A stretch of 64,000 bases of DNA, taken from Candidatus Poribacteria bacterium (GTDB taxonomy: Bacteria > Poribacteria > WGA-4E > WGA-3G). The notes under the pieces are model-generated. The model ran no database searches and was not told the origin of the DNA. It saw only the letters and a list, made by a program, of their open reading frames with translations. Both the position numbers and the translations under genes were made by a program. The stretch is taken from positions 672,001 through 736,000 of the forward strand of contig OZ251518.1 of assembly GCA_965242965.1 (NCBI GenBank). Reading direction: 5' to 3'. Shown in pieces: positions 18,871-28,897 of this stretch (its first letter is position 1; each line of letters begins with the position of its first letter).

Positions 18871-19846
18871 ATTCTGGATAGCGGGCGTGATGCTTATCTC
18901 GCTCATCATCTATATGTTGACAGGCGGGGCGGATTTCGGGGGCGGCGTGTGGGATCTGTTTGCGACGGGAACGCGGGCGAAAGCGCAGCGCGAACTCATC
19001 ACACAAGCCATCTCACCTATCTGGGAGGCGAATCATGTCTGGCTTATCCTCATCGTTGTGCTGCTCTTCGTGGCGTTTCCGACGGCGTTCGCGACGATTA
19101 GCACCGCCTTGCACATTCCGCTCACTTTAATGCTTATCGGGATTGTGCTGCGCGGTTCAGCGTTCGTTTTCCGCACCTACGATTCGCAATCGCTCACAAC
19201 GCACCGTCGCTGGAGCCGCATGTTCGCCATCTCCAGTATCATCACGCCGGTGATGCTCGGCGTGACGTTGGGCGCGGTGGCTACCGGCACCATTCACAGC
19301 GACGCGCCCCCGGATTTCATATCACCGTGGCTCGCGCCATTTCCGTTTGCGATAGGCTTTTTTACGCTGACGCTTTGCGCGCTGCTCGCCGCTGTCTATC
19401 TGACATTGGAAACGGAAGACGCGGCATTGCAGGCGGATTTTCGGTTGCGTGCGTTGATATCCGCAGTCAGCGTCGGTGCGATGGCAGGGCTCAGTTTCCT
19501 CCTATCTGCCGAGGGTGCCCCGACAATTCGGCGCGGGTTGAGTGCTACGCCTTGGGCGGTGCCGTTTCACATCGTCACTGGTGCGATAGCCGTATGGGCC
19601 CTCTGGGCGATTTGGCAGCGTCAATACCGTCTCGCGCGCATTCTTGTTCCGTTGCAAGTGTCCCTGATTATTATCGGGTGGGGGATTGCGCAGTATCCCT
19701 ATCTCGTTACGCCGGATGTGACGTTTTCAAATAGTGCTGCACCGGCTTCCGTTCTCCTTCCGGTGTTGGTTGTGGTGGTGCTTGGGGGGATGTTGTTGGT
19801 GCCGGCGTTTTGGTATCTCTATGCGGTTTTTAAGGGGAGAGGCTAG
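18857..19846 (+). CDS. cydB: Cytochrome bd ubiquinol oxidase subunit II
   Basis: GADFGGG, PIWEANHVWLI, LRGSAF; overlaps the cydA end, GAGG SD before ATG 18857. Confidence 0.94.
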   Translation: MFALEFWIAGVMLISLIIYMLTGGADFGGGVWDLFATGTRAKAQRELITQAISPIWEANHVWLILIVVLLFVAFPTAFATISTALHIPLTLMLIGIVLRGSAFVFRTYDSQSLTTHRRWSRMFAISSIITPVMLGVTLGAVATGTIHSDAPPDFISPWLAPFPFAIGFFTLTLCALLAAVYLTLETEDAALQADFRLRALISAVSVGAMAGLSFLLSAEGAPTIRRGLSATPWAVPFHIVTGAIAVWALWAIWQRQYRLARILVPLQVSLIIIGWGIAQYPYLVTPDVTFSNSAAPASVLLPVLVVVVLGGMLLVPAFWYLYAVFKGRG

Positions 19847-19879
19847 CGCGGGGATTACGTTTTAGAAAGGAGCTCCGAG

Positions 19880-20683
19880 ATGTTACGTCAATTTTTTCGC
19901 GATCATCGCTTTATTGTTCTGCTGATTGGTTGTGGTTTTGTCGCTATCGTCGGATATAAGTGGCTATCCCATTCCAACCGATGGCACGAAAGAAGCGTGC
20001 ATCGAGACCGGGAGGGCGCGCCTACGGTATTGCATCGAGACCAGGAGGTCTCTCCTACGGCACCGCGCACCATTTCTCCGCCAGAGATTTCGGCAGAGAA
20101 ACGCCAAAGAATCAGCGAATTATATGATAGGCACAGTCCAGACCGGGATAATGTGAACAGGGATGCAGATTGGGCGACTACCGGGCCGCCGCGGGAAGAA
20201 GTTGATATTCTAGCGGACGGCTTGGATGCTTTGAGTGCGGCCAAGTTTCTGAAAGCCTTAGGTGGGTATGCCGCCTATGCGCGCGAGTATGCGGACAAAG
20301 CCCTCGCAGCGAACCCGGACGATTTTGAAACGCTTCTCGTCTGGACTAAACTTCGGGTTGATGATGAAGAGCGGGAATATGGATATCGCAGACTGCTGGA
20401 AATGGCTCCGAATTCCATTACCGTGTTGACAGGACTAGGATCCTTGCTTGCAAACGACGCGCCAGAGGAAGCTATTGAACATCTAGAAAAGGCAAACAGC
20501 CTAGATGCGACTGCAGGCCTTTATGAATTAGGCTGGGCATACCAAAGAGTTGGTGAGTATGATAAAGCAGTAACCGCCCTCAAAAAAGCGTATCAACGCT
20601 ATAACCGACCGAGGATGCTTAGTGAAATTCGATCGATTGAGGCTGGCACACCGCAAGTTCCGCTCATCCAACAACTAAAGTGA
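19880..20683 (+). CDS. Membrane-anchored TPR-repeat protein carrying an in-frame REP-derived segment
   Basis: AAGGAG SD, N-terminal TM, TPR-like LGWAYQRVGEYDKAV. Confidence 0.8.
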   Translation: MLRQFFRDHRFIVLLIGCGFVAIVGYKWLSHSNRWHERSVHRDREGAPTVLHRDQEVSPTAPRTISPPEISAEKRQRISELYDRHSPDRDNVNRDADWATTGPPREEVDILADGLDALSAAKFLKALGGYAAYAREYADKALAANPDDFETLLVWTKLRVDDEEREYGYRRLLEMAPNSITVLTGLGSLLANDAPEEAIEHLEKANSLDATAGLYELGWAYQRVGEYDKAVTALKKAYQRYNRPRMLSEIRSIEAGTPQVPLIQQLK

Positions 20684-20691
20684 AAATAGAT

Positions 20692-21225
20692 GAGGGTGTT
20701 TCATAAATCGCCCAACGTCGCGGGGGAAACCTGCTCGGATGCGCGTGTGGCATCCGAGGGCCCCGCGCTGCGATAAAAAAACGCCGCCCCTTCACGTAGG
20801 GCGAGGGCCTGTCCCTCGCCATGCTTCGATCTACCGAACGATCGCGGGGGACAGGCCCCCGCGCTACGGTGAAAAAAACGCCGCCCCTTCACGTAGGGCG
20901 AGGGCCTGTCCCTCGCCATCGTCCGCGCAATCCAACGCGCGCGAGGGGAACCCGCTCGGATGTGCGTGTGGCATCCGAGGGGCCCCGCGCGACGATGAAA
21001 AAAACGCCGCCCTTTCCCGTAGGGCGAGGGCCTGTCCCTCGCCATCGCTCGCGCACTCCAACGCTCGCGGGGGACAGGCCCCCGCGCTACGATGAAAAAA
21101 CGTCTCTTCAGGTCCTAAAGGACCTAAAAACATAAGTTGTCGATGGCCATCGCGGGGGACAGGCCCCCGCGCTACGGGAACATCGAGACCGGAGGTCTCT
21201 CCTACGGGTGTGCATCGAGACCAGT
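20692..21225. repeat. TIR copy followed by REP mosaic
   Basis: GAGGGTGTTTCATAAATC at about 20692, then GTAG palindromes. Confidence 0.85.
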
Positions 21226-21299
21226 TTGACAAAATGTTGTCCAATGTGGTATCATAAGATTAATCAGAAATGGAAATTCACTGAAGAAGGACACGCTTT

Positions 21300-22760
21300 A
21301 TGTTAACAATTCCCGAGTTGAATAGCCTCCACTACGGCGACAATCTCCACATTTTGCGGCAATGGCCCGATAATTGGGTGGACATCGTCTATGGAGATCC
21401 GCCGTTCAATTCCAAGCAGCAATATAATCAACTTTACGCGCTGGAAGCGGAGGTGGCGAACAAAGGGACGCGCGCCGCGTCGCTGAAGGCGTTTGACGAT
21501 ACATGGCACTGGACTCCCGATGCACAGGCACGTGTTGATGAGCTCACCGGCATGGTTGCCTCGCCGATTGCTAAAGCCATTGGCGGGTTGCACCAGATTC
21601 TCGGCGACTGCGGGATGATGGCTTACGTCAGTTACATGGCGATTCGCTTGATTGAGATAAAGCGCGTCCTCAAGCCGACCGGCACGTTCTATCTCCACTG
21701 CGATGCGACAGCAAGTCATTATCTCAAAATCGCTCTGGATGGGGTTTTCGGTGCTGAGAATTTCCGGAACGAAATTGTGTGGCACTACCACATGGGAAAT
21801 GCCCCAAGGAAAGATTTCCGCCGAAAACATGATACCATTTTTCGGTATTCCAAAACCGCTGATTACAAAGGCGTTGATATGAGGGTACCGAGAAGGATGG
21901 ATGCCTCCCGTTACAATAAGGTGGATGAAAACGGGAGACGCTATCACGAAAACGGCGTTGGGAAAAGGTTCTACATGGATGAGGGAAAAATCCCCGATGA
22001 TGTCTGGACCTACTGTGAGGACAAAAAACTCACACAGTTGAACTCCCGGGCGAAAGAGCGTCTAGGATACGCGACCCAGAAACCCCTCGCCTTGCTTGAT
22101 AGAATTATCAGAGCCTCCTCAAACGCAGGGGATATTGTGTTGGATCCGTTTTGTGGCTGCGGCACTACTGTTGTCGCCGCCGATAACTTGAAGCGCGACT
22201 GGGTTGGCATTGACATTAATCCTGCCGCGCTGGATGTCATCAAAACACAGCGGTTCCCGGGTCGAGACATCCCAACCTACGGTGTGCCTGCAGACTTAGC
22301 GAGTGCGCGGCGGCTCGCCGGTGAACATCGGCGGCATTTTGAGATATGGGCTGTGAACCTCATCCCCGGTCTTGCGCCGAACGAGCGCGGCGGCGCAGAT
22401 GGCGGCATTGATGGCATCGGGAACACGCTGGAAACGCCCGATGGCGACTATACGAAAATTGTCCTCGGTCAGGTGAAGAGTGGGAAGTTCTCGCTCAGCC
22501 AGCTGCGCGATTTCTTGCATGTCGTGCAACGTGAAAATGCCGTGATGGGTGTCTATATCACCTTAGAGGATGTCACTTCATCGGCGGCGCAGAATGAGGT
22601 GGCGAAACTCGGTAACGTGCAGATAGGGAATCACGTTTTCCCGCGCGTGCAACTTTACTCGGTTGAGGGTTGGTTTCATGAGCGGCTGCCGCAGTTGCCG
22701 GATATGATTAATCCGTATACGGGCAAACCGCTGCAGCGTGCGTTGCCGTTAAGTTTTTAG
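21300..22760 (+). CDS. N6-adenine/N4-cytosine DNA methyltransferase (beta class) fused to a C-terminal Mrr-like nuclease-fold domain, copy 1
   Basis: DPPF before DPFCGCGTT; ATQKP; C-terminal DGGIDG...QVKSG. Confidence 0.9.
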   Translation: MLTIPELNSLHYGDNLHILRQWPDNWVDIVYGDPPFNSKQQYNQLYALEAEVANKGTRAASLKAFDDTWHWTPDAQARVDELTGMVASPIAKAIGGLHQILGDCGMMAYVSYMAIRLIEIKRVLKPTGTFYLHCDATASHYLKIALDGVFGAENFRNEIVWHYHMGNAPRKDFRRKHDTIFRYSKTADYKGVDMRVPRRMDASRYNKVDENGRRYHENGVGKRFYMDEGKIPDDVWTYCEDKKLTQLNSRAKERLGYATQKPLALLDRIIRASSNAGDIVLDPFCGCGTTVVAADNLKRDWVGIDINPAALDVIKTQRFPGRDIPTYGVPADLASARRLAGEHRRHFEIWAVNLIPGLAPNERGGADGGIDGIGNTLETPDGDYTKIVLGQVKSGKFSLSQLRDFLHVVQRENAVMGVYITLEDVTSSAAQNEVAKLGNVQIGNHVFPRVQLYSVEGWFHERLPQLPDMINPYTGKPLQRALPLSF

Positions 22761-22792
22761 GGAACGCAGAAAAAAAGAATAGGAGACAAAAG

Positions 22793-24256
22793 GTGGTATC
22801 ACGAATTCCGGCGTTGAATAGCCTCCACTACGGCGACAATCTCCACATCTTGCGGCAATGGCCCGATAATTGGGTGGATATTGTCTACGGAGATCCGCCG
22901 TTTAATTCCAAGCAGCAATATAATCAACTTTACGCGCTGGAGGCGGAGATGGCGAACAAAGGCACGCGCGCCGCGTCGCTGAAAGCGTTTGACGATACCT
23001 GGCACTGGACTCCCGATGCGCAGATGCGCGTTGATGAACTCACCGGTATGGTTGCTGCGCCGATTGCTAAAGCCATCGGCGGGTTGCATCAGATCCTCGG
23101 CGACTGCGGGATGATGGCTTATGTCAGCTACATGGCACTCCGTTTGCTTGAACTTCATCGCGTTCTCAAACCTACCGGCAGTATCTACATCCACTGCGAT
23201 GCGACGGCGAGTCATTACCTCAAGTTGTTGATGGACGGCATTTTCGGTCCGAAGAACTTCAGAAATGAGATTGTGTGGTGTTACCCGCCCGGTGGACAAG
23301 GACCCAAGTTGGCGTTCCATCGCAAGCACGACATTATCTTGTTTTACGGGATGGCTGAAAAAGAGGGCGTTTTTCACCGTCCCTATACCGCGCTGACAGA
23401 AGCGGCGGTGAAAAAGTTTAACAAGAGAGACGAAGCAGGCAGAGCCTACAAAGAATATCCGGGCGGTAGAAGTTACCTTGATGCCTCCCCCGGGCGCGCT
23501 ATTCCGAGTTGGTGGAGTGATATTCCATCCCTGGGGCAGACGCAGTCGAAAGAGCGTCTCGGCTATGGCACCCAGAAGCCGCTCGCGCTGCTTGAGCGTA
23601 TCATCGGTGCATCGTCAAACGCAGGGGATATTGTGTTGGATCCGTTCTGTGGTTGCGGTACTACTGTTGTCGCCGCTGATACCCTGAAGCGGAACTGGGT
23701 TGGCATTGACATTAATCCCGCCGCGCTGGATGTCATCAAAACGCAGAGGTTTCCGGGCAGAAACATTCCTACCTACGGTGTGCCTGCAGATTTGGCGAGT
23801 GCGGCGCGGCTGGCCGGTGAGCATCGTCGGCACTTTGAGATATGGGCTGTGAACCTTATCCCGGGTCTTGCGCCGAACGAGCGCGGCGGCGCAGATGGCG
23901 GCATTGATGGTATCGGGAATACACTAGAAACGCCCGATGGTGACTTTACGAAAATTGTCCTCGGTCAGGTGAAGAGTGGGAAGTTCTCGCTGAGCCAACT
24001 ACGCGATTTCTTGCATGTCGTGCAACGTGAAAATGCCGTGATGGGTGTCTATATCACTTTAGGGGATGTCACTTCCTCGGCGGCGCGGAATGAGGTGGCG
24101 AAACTCGGTAACGTGCAGATAGGGAACCACGTTTTCCCGCGCGTGCAGCTTTACTCGGTTGAGGGTTGGTTTCATGAGCGGCTGCCGCAGTTGTCGGATA
24201 TGATTAATCCGTATACGGGGAAGCCGCTGCAGCGCGCGCTGCCGTTAAATTTTTAG
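22793..24256 (+). CDS. DNA methyltransferase + Mrr-like domain, copy 2
   Basis: Same motifs as copy 1; AGGAG SD before GTG; different central segment. Confidence 0.9.
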   Translation: MVSRIPALNSLHYGDNLHILRQWPDNWVDIVYGDPPFNSKQQYNQLYALEAEMANKGTRAASLKAFDDTWHWTPDAQMRVDELTGMVAAPIAKAIGGLHQILGDCGMMAYVSYMALRLLELHRVLKPTGSIYIHCDATASHYLKLLMDGIFGPKNFRNEIVWCYPPGGQGPKLAFHRKHDIILFYGMAEKEGVFHRPYTALTEAAVKKFNKRDEAGRAYKEYPGGRSYLDASPGRAIPSWWSDIPSLGQTQSKERLGYGTQKPLALLERIIGASSNAGDIVLDPFCGCGTTVVAADTLKRNWVGIDINPAALDVIKTQRFPGRNIPTYGVPADLASAARLAGEHRRHFEIWAVNLIPGLAPNERGGADGGIDGIGNTLETPDGDFTKIVLGQVKSGKFSLSQLRDFLHVVQRENAVMGVYITLGDVTSSAARNEVAKLGNVQIGNHVFPRVQLYSVEGWFHERLPQLSDMINPYTGKPLQRALPLNF

Positions 24257-24279
24257 TGAACGCCATTGAGAAAGTGCAA

Positions 24280-24752
24280 CGGTGAGGGGGCGTTTTTTAT
24301 CGTAGCGCGGGGGCCTGTCCCCCGCGATCGTTGGATGGATCGAAGCATGGCGAGGGGAACCCGCTCGGATGCGCGTGTGGCATCCGAGGGCCCACGCCCT
24401 ACGGTAACGCACGCCGTTTTTTATCGTAGCGCGGGGGCCTGTCCCCCGCGATCTCCATCGGCAAGAGGGCGTTTTAGGTCCTCCCCTCTCTGTAGTTTGT
24501 GATCGCCTGATCACAAACGGGTCAAGATCGGGCGATCTTGACCTACAGGGGTGATGCGCTCTGACAGCAGAACGCTGGCGAGGGGAACCCGCTCGGATGC
24601 GCGTGTGGCATCCGAGGGCCCTCGCCCTACGGTGAAGGGGGCTTTCTGCCGCCCTATTGCATCGAGACCGGGAGGTCTCTCCTACCGGGGAAACGGCATC
24701 GTGCGGGATGTCACAAAACCCTTTTGACAACGACGAGTTATGAAACACCCTC
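24280..24752. repeat. REP mosaic ending in a TIR copy
   Basis: GTAG palindromes; GAGTTATGAAACACCCTC at 24735-24752. Confidence 0.85.
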
Positions 24753-26761
24753 AGTTCAGACAAACCCTATTTCTCCCCATTGCCGCCTTGTTGTGCCTCT
24801 TTATTTTGGCAGAGGTAAACTATCCGCGGCTCGCGCCGCACTCGCAATTGGCACTCTTCGCCATGTTGGGACTGATACTCGTATTCCTTAAATATCCTCT
24901 CCACCCGCGTGTGGCAGATAACGTCGCGTGTCAAGTTCTTGATGGAGTATTGGCGACGGGTGTCCTCCTCTGTTTCGGCTATGTCATTGTTCAGACAGAA
25001 CCGCTATTTGAATCACTCTGGCTTGATGGAAAATCTCTCGGGGACCGGGCGGGAGCCGAACGTGTCGTGGATTACGTTGTCGGCGCGTGCGGGCTCCTAC
25101 TCATTCTTGAAGCGACGCGCCGAACAGTCGGCGTGACGCTCATGCTCCTCGCCTGTATCTTCCTGATTTACGCCGCATTCGGGCAGCTGATGCCGACGTG
25201 GCTTTTCCCGCATCGGGGGTATCCCCTTGAACGCATCGTGAGCCAGACGTTCCTTCACAGCCAAGGCACCTTCGGCATCGCGCTGCGCGTCATGTTTACT
25301 TACGTCTTCCTCTTCGTGCTATTTGGAACGTTGCTGGAACGCACCGGCGCGACGCGCTATATCCTCGAATTGGCGCGACGTATCTTCGGCACGAGTGCAG
25401 GCGGACCGGCGAAAGTCGCTGTCCTCAGCAGCGGCATGATGGGCTCGCTCTCCGGCTCCGCCGTCGCGAACACGGCGACAACCGGCACGTTTACGATTCC
25501 CTTAATGCAACGCGCCGGTTTTAAACCCGCAATCGCTGGCGGTATTGAAGCCGCGGCGAGTTCCGGCGGCGCGCTAGTGCCACCGATTATGGGCGCGGGC
25601 GCGTATATGATGTTGGAAATCGTTGAACCGGCTGTCACGTATTTGGAAATCATTCGGGCGGCGTTGTTGCCGGCGGTGCTTTATTATACGGCGTTGTTGT
25701 GCATCGTGCATTTTTATGCGAAGAGGAATCGGGAGGAGGTATTGCATCGAGACCGGGATGTCTCTCCTACTGATGTTGGGGTAGGCGGGACATCCTTGTC
25801 CCGATACGGCGAGAACGGGAAGAATCAAGACCGGGAGGTCTCTCCTACGGGGGAGGAGGATGCGCCGACGAGGATACAAGGGGTTGTGTTTTTCACGGCG
25901 TTTCTTACCTTAATTGGGTTTCTGCTGATGGGTGCCACGCCGTTTCGCGCCGTGAGTTGGAGTCTGCTTGTTGTCGTCGGTGTCAGTCTATTTCGTCCTG
26001 AGACCCGACTCGGCATTTCTGGGATTTTAAAGGCGATGGAAAACGCGGCGCATAGCGGCGTTTCGTTAATTGCAGCAGCGGCATGCGTCGGGATTATCCT
26101 CGGTGTCGTCACGCTGACAGGAGTCGGCGGGAAACTGCCGTCGGCACTGTTGCCTCTCGCATCGACGAACTTAATCTTGGCACTCCTCCTGCTGATGATT
26201 TCAACGATTATTCTGGGGATGGGATTACCTTCTTCTGTCTGCTACTTGCTGATGGCAATTTTGGTGGGTCCGGTGCTACTTGATTTAGGCGTAGTCCCGC
26301 TGGCGGCACACTTCTTTATCTTCTATTTCGGGATGATGTCGATGGTAACGCCGCCGGTAGCATTAGCGGCGTATACCGCGTCCGCCATCGCGAGTTCCCG
26401 AATAATGCCGACAGCGTTCGCCGCTTTCAGATTCGCGCTCGTCGGGTTCGCGCTGCCGTATGCGTTTGTTTTGCGGCCGGAGTTGCTGTGGCTCAATGCG
26501 GCTGGCGGCGCGCCTGCGCTGTGGGTAGTTATTGTCAATCTTTGCCTGACATTGATTGGCACCGTTATTTTCGCGGCAGGTGTCGCCGGGTATGCTTTCA
26601 AAACAGTGACACTTTGGGAGCGCGGGATCCTATTTATTGCAGTCGCTCTCCTCTTTTTTATCCCTACTGAAATGCAGTGGTTGTGGGTGCATGGAGTAGC
26701 ACTGCTTGCAAGTATTGCCGTTTTTTGGTATAATAGGGTTAAAAATGAGGGTGTTTCATAA
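24740..26761 (+). CDS. TRAP transporter 4TM/12TM fused permease
   Basis: GGPAKVAV, SGSAVAN, EAAASSGG..PPIMGAGA, ILGMGLP, TPPVALAAY. Confidence 0.92.
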   Translation: MKHPQFRQTLFLPIAALLCLFILAEVNYPRLAPHSQLALFAMLGLILVFLKYPLHPRVADNVACQVLDGVLATGVLLCFGYVIVQTEPLFESLWLDGKSLGDRAGAERVVDYVVGACGLLLILEATRRTVGVTLMLLACIFLIYAAFGQLMPTWLFPHRGYPLERIVSQTFLHSQGTFGIALRVMFTYVFLFVLFGTLLERTGATRYILELARRIFGTSAGGPAKVAVLSSGMMGSLSGSAVANTATTGTFTIPLMQRAGFKPAIAGGIEAAASSGGALVPPIMGAGAYMMLEIVEPAVTYLEIIRAALLPAVLYYTALLCIVHFYAKRNREEVLHRDRDVSPTDVGVGGTSLSRYGENGKNQDREVSPTGEEDAPTRIQGVVFFTAFLTLIGFLLMGATPFRAVSWSLLVVVGVSLFRPETRLGISGILKAMENAAHSGVSLIAAAACVGIILGVVTLTGVGGKLPSALLPLASTNLILALLLLMISTIILGMGLPSSVCYLLMAILVGPVLLDLGVVPLAAHFFIFYFGMMSMVTPPVALAAYTASAIASSRIMPTAFAAFRFALVGFALPYAFVLRPELLWLNAAGGAPALWVVIVNLCLTLIGTVIFAAGVAGYAFKTVTLWERGILFIAVALLFFIPTEMQWLWVHGVALLASIAVFWYNRVKNEGVS

Positions 26762-27041
26762 ATCGTCCCCGTAGGAGAGACCTCATGGTCTTGATGTTCC
26801 CGTAGCGCGGGGGCCTGTCCCCCGCGAGCGTTGGGGTACGCCGACGATGGCGAGGGCCTGTCCCTCGCCCTACGGTGAGGGGGGGGCGTTTTTATCGTAG
26901 CGCGGGGCCCTGTCCCCCGCGATCTCGATCGTCCCGATGTGTTTTTCCTCTTCTGTAGTTTGTGATCGCCTGATCACAAACGGGTCAGGATCGGGCGATC
27001 CTGAACTACAGAGCCTGGAGTGCGACCGATAGGCAAAAAAT

Positions 27042-28331
27042 ATGAAAGTTGCTTATATCACTGCGGGAGCCGCCGGCATGTATTGCGGCACCTGCATCCA
27101 TGACAATACCGTCGCGACGGTGCTGAAAAAACAGGGACATAACGTCACCTTGATTCCGACATACACGCCGACCCGCACCGATGAGGCGAATGTCAGTCTC
27201 AATCGCGTCTTTTTCGGGGGCATCAACGTCTACCTCCAACAGAAACTCTCGCTGTTTCGGCACACGCCGTGGGCGGTAGACAGGTTGTTGGATAACGCAA
27301 CCCTGCTGAACGGATTATCCCGTTTCAGCGGCTCAACCGATGCACGCGACCTCGGGCAACTCACCGTCTCAATGCTCAGCGCGGAACAGGGACATCAAAA
27401 GAAGGAATTAGCGAAGTTAGTGCAATGGTTCCAGACAGCGAACCGCCCTGACATCGTCTATCTCACCAATTCCATGCTGGTGGGCTTCGCGCGGGAGGTT
27501 AAAAACGCATTAGGCGTGCCAGTCATCTGTGCGCTCCAAGGCGAAGACATCTTCCTGCAAGACCTAATTGAGCCCTATAAAACCGAGGCGTTAACCCTCC
27601 TCGCCGAACGCGCAGCGGATGTAGATGGTTTTGTCGCCCCGTGCCGATACTACGCGCGCTTCATGGCGGATGCGTATCTCAAGGTGCCGGTGGATAACAT
27701 TGACGTGGTGCCGCTCGGATTGAACCTTGATGGACACGGCAAGGCGGATAGCAGACCGGGGCAGCCGCCGTTTGTTATCGGCTATTTGGCGCGTATCTGT
27801 CCCGAAAAGGGGTTGCACATCTTAGTAGACGCTTTTTACGCGCTAACGCAGGAGTTGGGAAAAAAGAACATCCACCTCCACGTCGCAGGCTATTTAGGCA
27901 AGAAGGACAACCCCTATTTTGAGGAGTTGGAGAGCCAAATTCAGGCATGGGGATTAGCGGCGAGTTTCGTGCATCACGGCGAGGTGACGCGCTCCCAAAA
28001 GATCGACTTTCTCAACGGCTTGCACGTTTTCTGTGTGCCGACGGTCTACCGCGAATCCAAAGGATTGTCGATTTTAGAGGCACTCGCGAACGGCGTGCCG
28101 GTTGTGCAGCCTCGGCACGGTTCGTTCCCAGAAATGATTGAGGCGACCGGGGGTGGCATTCTCGTTACCCCTGAATCGGCGGAGGCAGTGATGGAGGGTA
28201 TCAGGGAACTTTACAACGATGCGGAACGGCGTGAACACCTCGGACGCACCGGACAATCTAACGTGCATCAGAAGTTTAACGATGCAGCGATTGCGGCGCA
28301 GCTCTTGGCGGTATTTCAAAAGTATCTTTAG
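27042..28331 (+). CDS. Glycosyltransferase family 4
   Basis: MYCGTC.HDN, GYLARICPEKG, ESKGLSILEALANGVPVV. Confidence 0.9.
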   Translation: MKVAYITAGAAGMYCGTCIHDNTVATVLKKQGHNVTLIPTYTPTRTDEANVSLNRVFFGGINVYLQQKLSLFRHTPWAVDRLLDNATLLNGLSRFSGSTDARDLGQLTVSMLSAEQGHQKKELAKLVQWFQTANRPDIVYLTNSMLVGFAREVKNALGVPVICALQGEDIFLQDLIEPYKTEALTLLAERAADVDGFVAPCRYYARFMADAYLKVPVDNIDVVPLGLNLDGHGKADSRPGQPPFVIGYLARICPEKGLHILVDAFYALTQELGKKNIHLHVAGYLGKKDNPYFEELESQIQAWGLAASFVHHGEVTRSQKIDFLNGLHVFCVPTVYRESKGLSILEALANGVPVVQPRHGSFPEMIEATGGGILVTPESAEAVMEGIRELYNDAERREHLGRTGQSNVHQKFNDAAIAAQLLAVFQKYL

Positions 28332-28353
28332 CAGGATAGACGTAATTCGTACT

Positions 28354-28864
28354 GAGGGTGTTTCATATCTCAATTTCTTCTCGGTAGGCGAGCCCTCGGG
28401 TCTCGATTTCTTCCCGGTAGGCGAGCCCTCCTGGTCTCGATGTTCCCGTAGGGCGGGGGACAGGCCCCCGCGATGGCTCAAGCACCGTTTTTTTTTCGTA
28501 GCGCGGGGGCCTGTCCCCCGCGAACTCCATCGTCCCGAGGTGTGTTTCCCCTCTGTAGTTTGTGATCGCCTGATCACAAACAGGTCAGGATCAGGCGATC
28601 TTGACCTACAGAGGTGAGACAATCTGACACCAAAACGATGGCGAGGGGAACCCTCTCGCATGCGCGTGTGGCATCCGAGGGCCCTCGCCCTACGGTGCGG
28701 GGGTGGCGTTTTTTTTCGTAGCGCGGGGCCTGTCCCCCGCGAGCGTTGGAGTGCGCGAGGCATGGCGAGGGACAGGCCCTCGCCCTACGGTGAAAGGGAG
28801 GCGTTTCTTTCACCGCATCGCCGGGCATGTCTCCTTGATGTTGAGCGATTTATCAAACACCCTC
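28354..28864. mobile_element. TIR-bounded REP cassette (degenerate, no clear TSD)
   Basis: GAGGGTGTTTCATATC ... GATTTATCAAACACCCTC enclosing REP units. Confidence 0.6.
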
Positions 28865-28897
28865 AACTAACTAACAATATTTATAGGAAAACAAATT

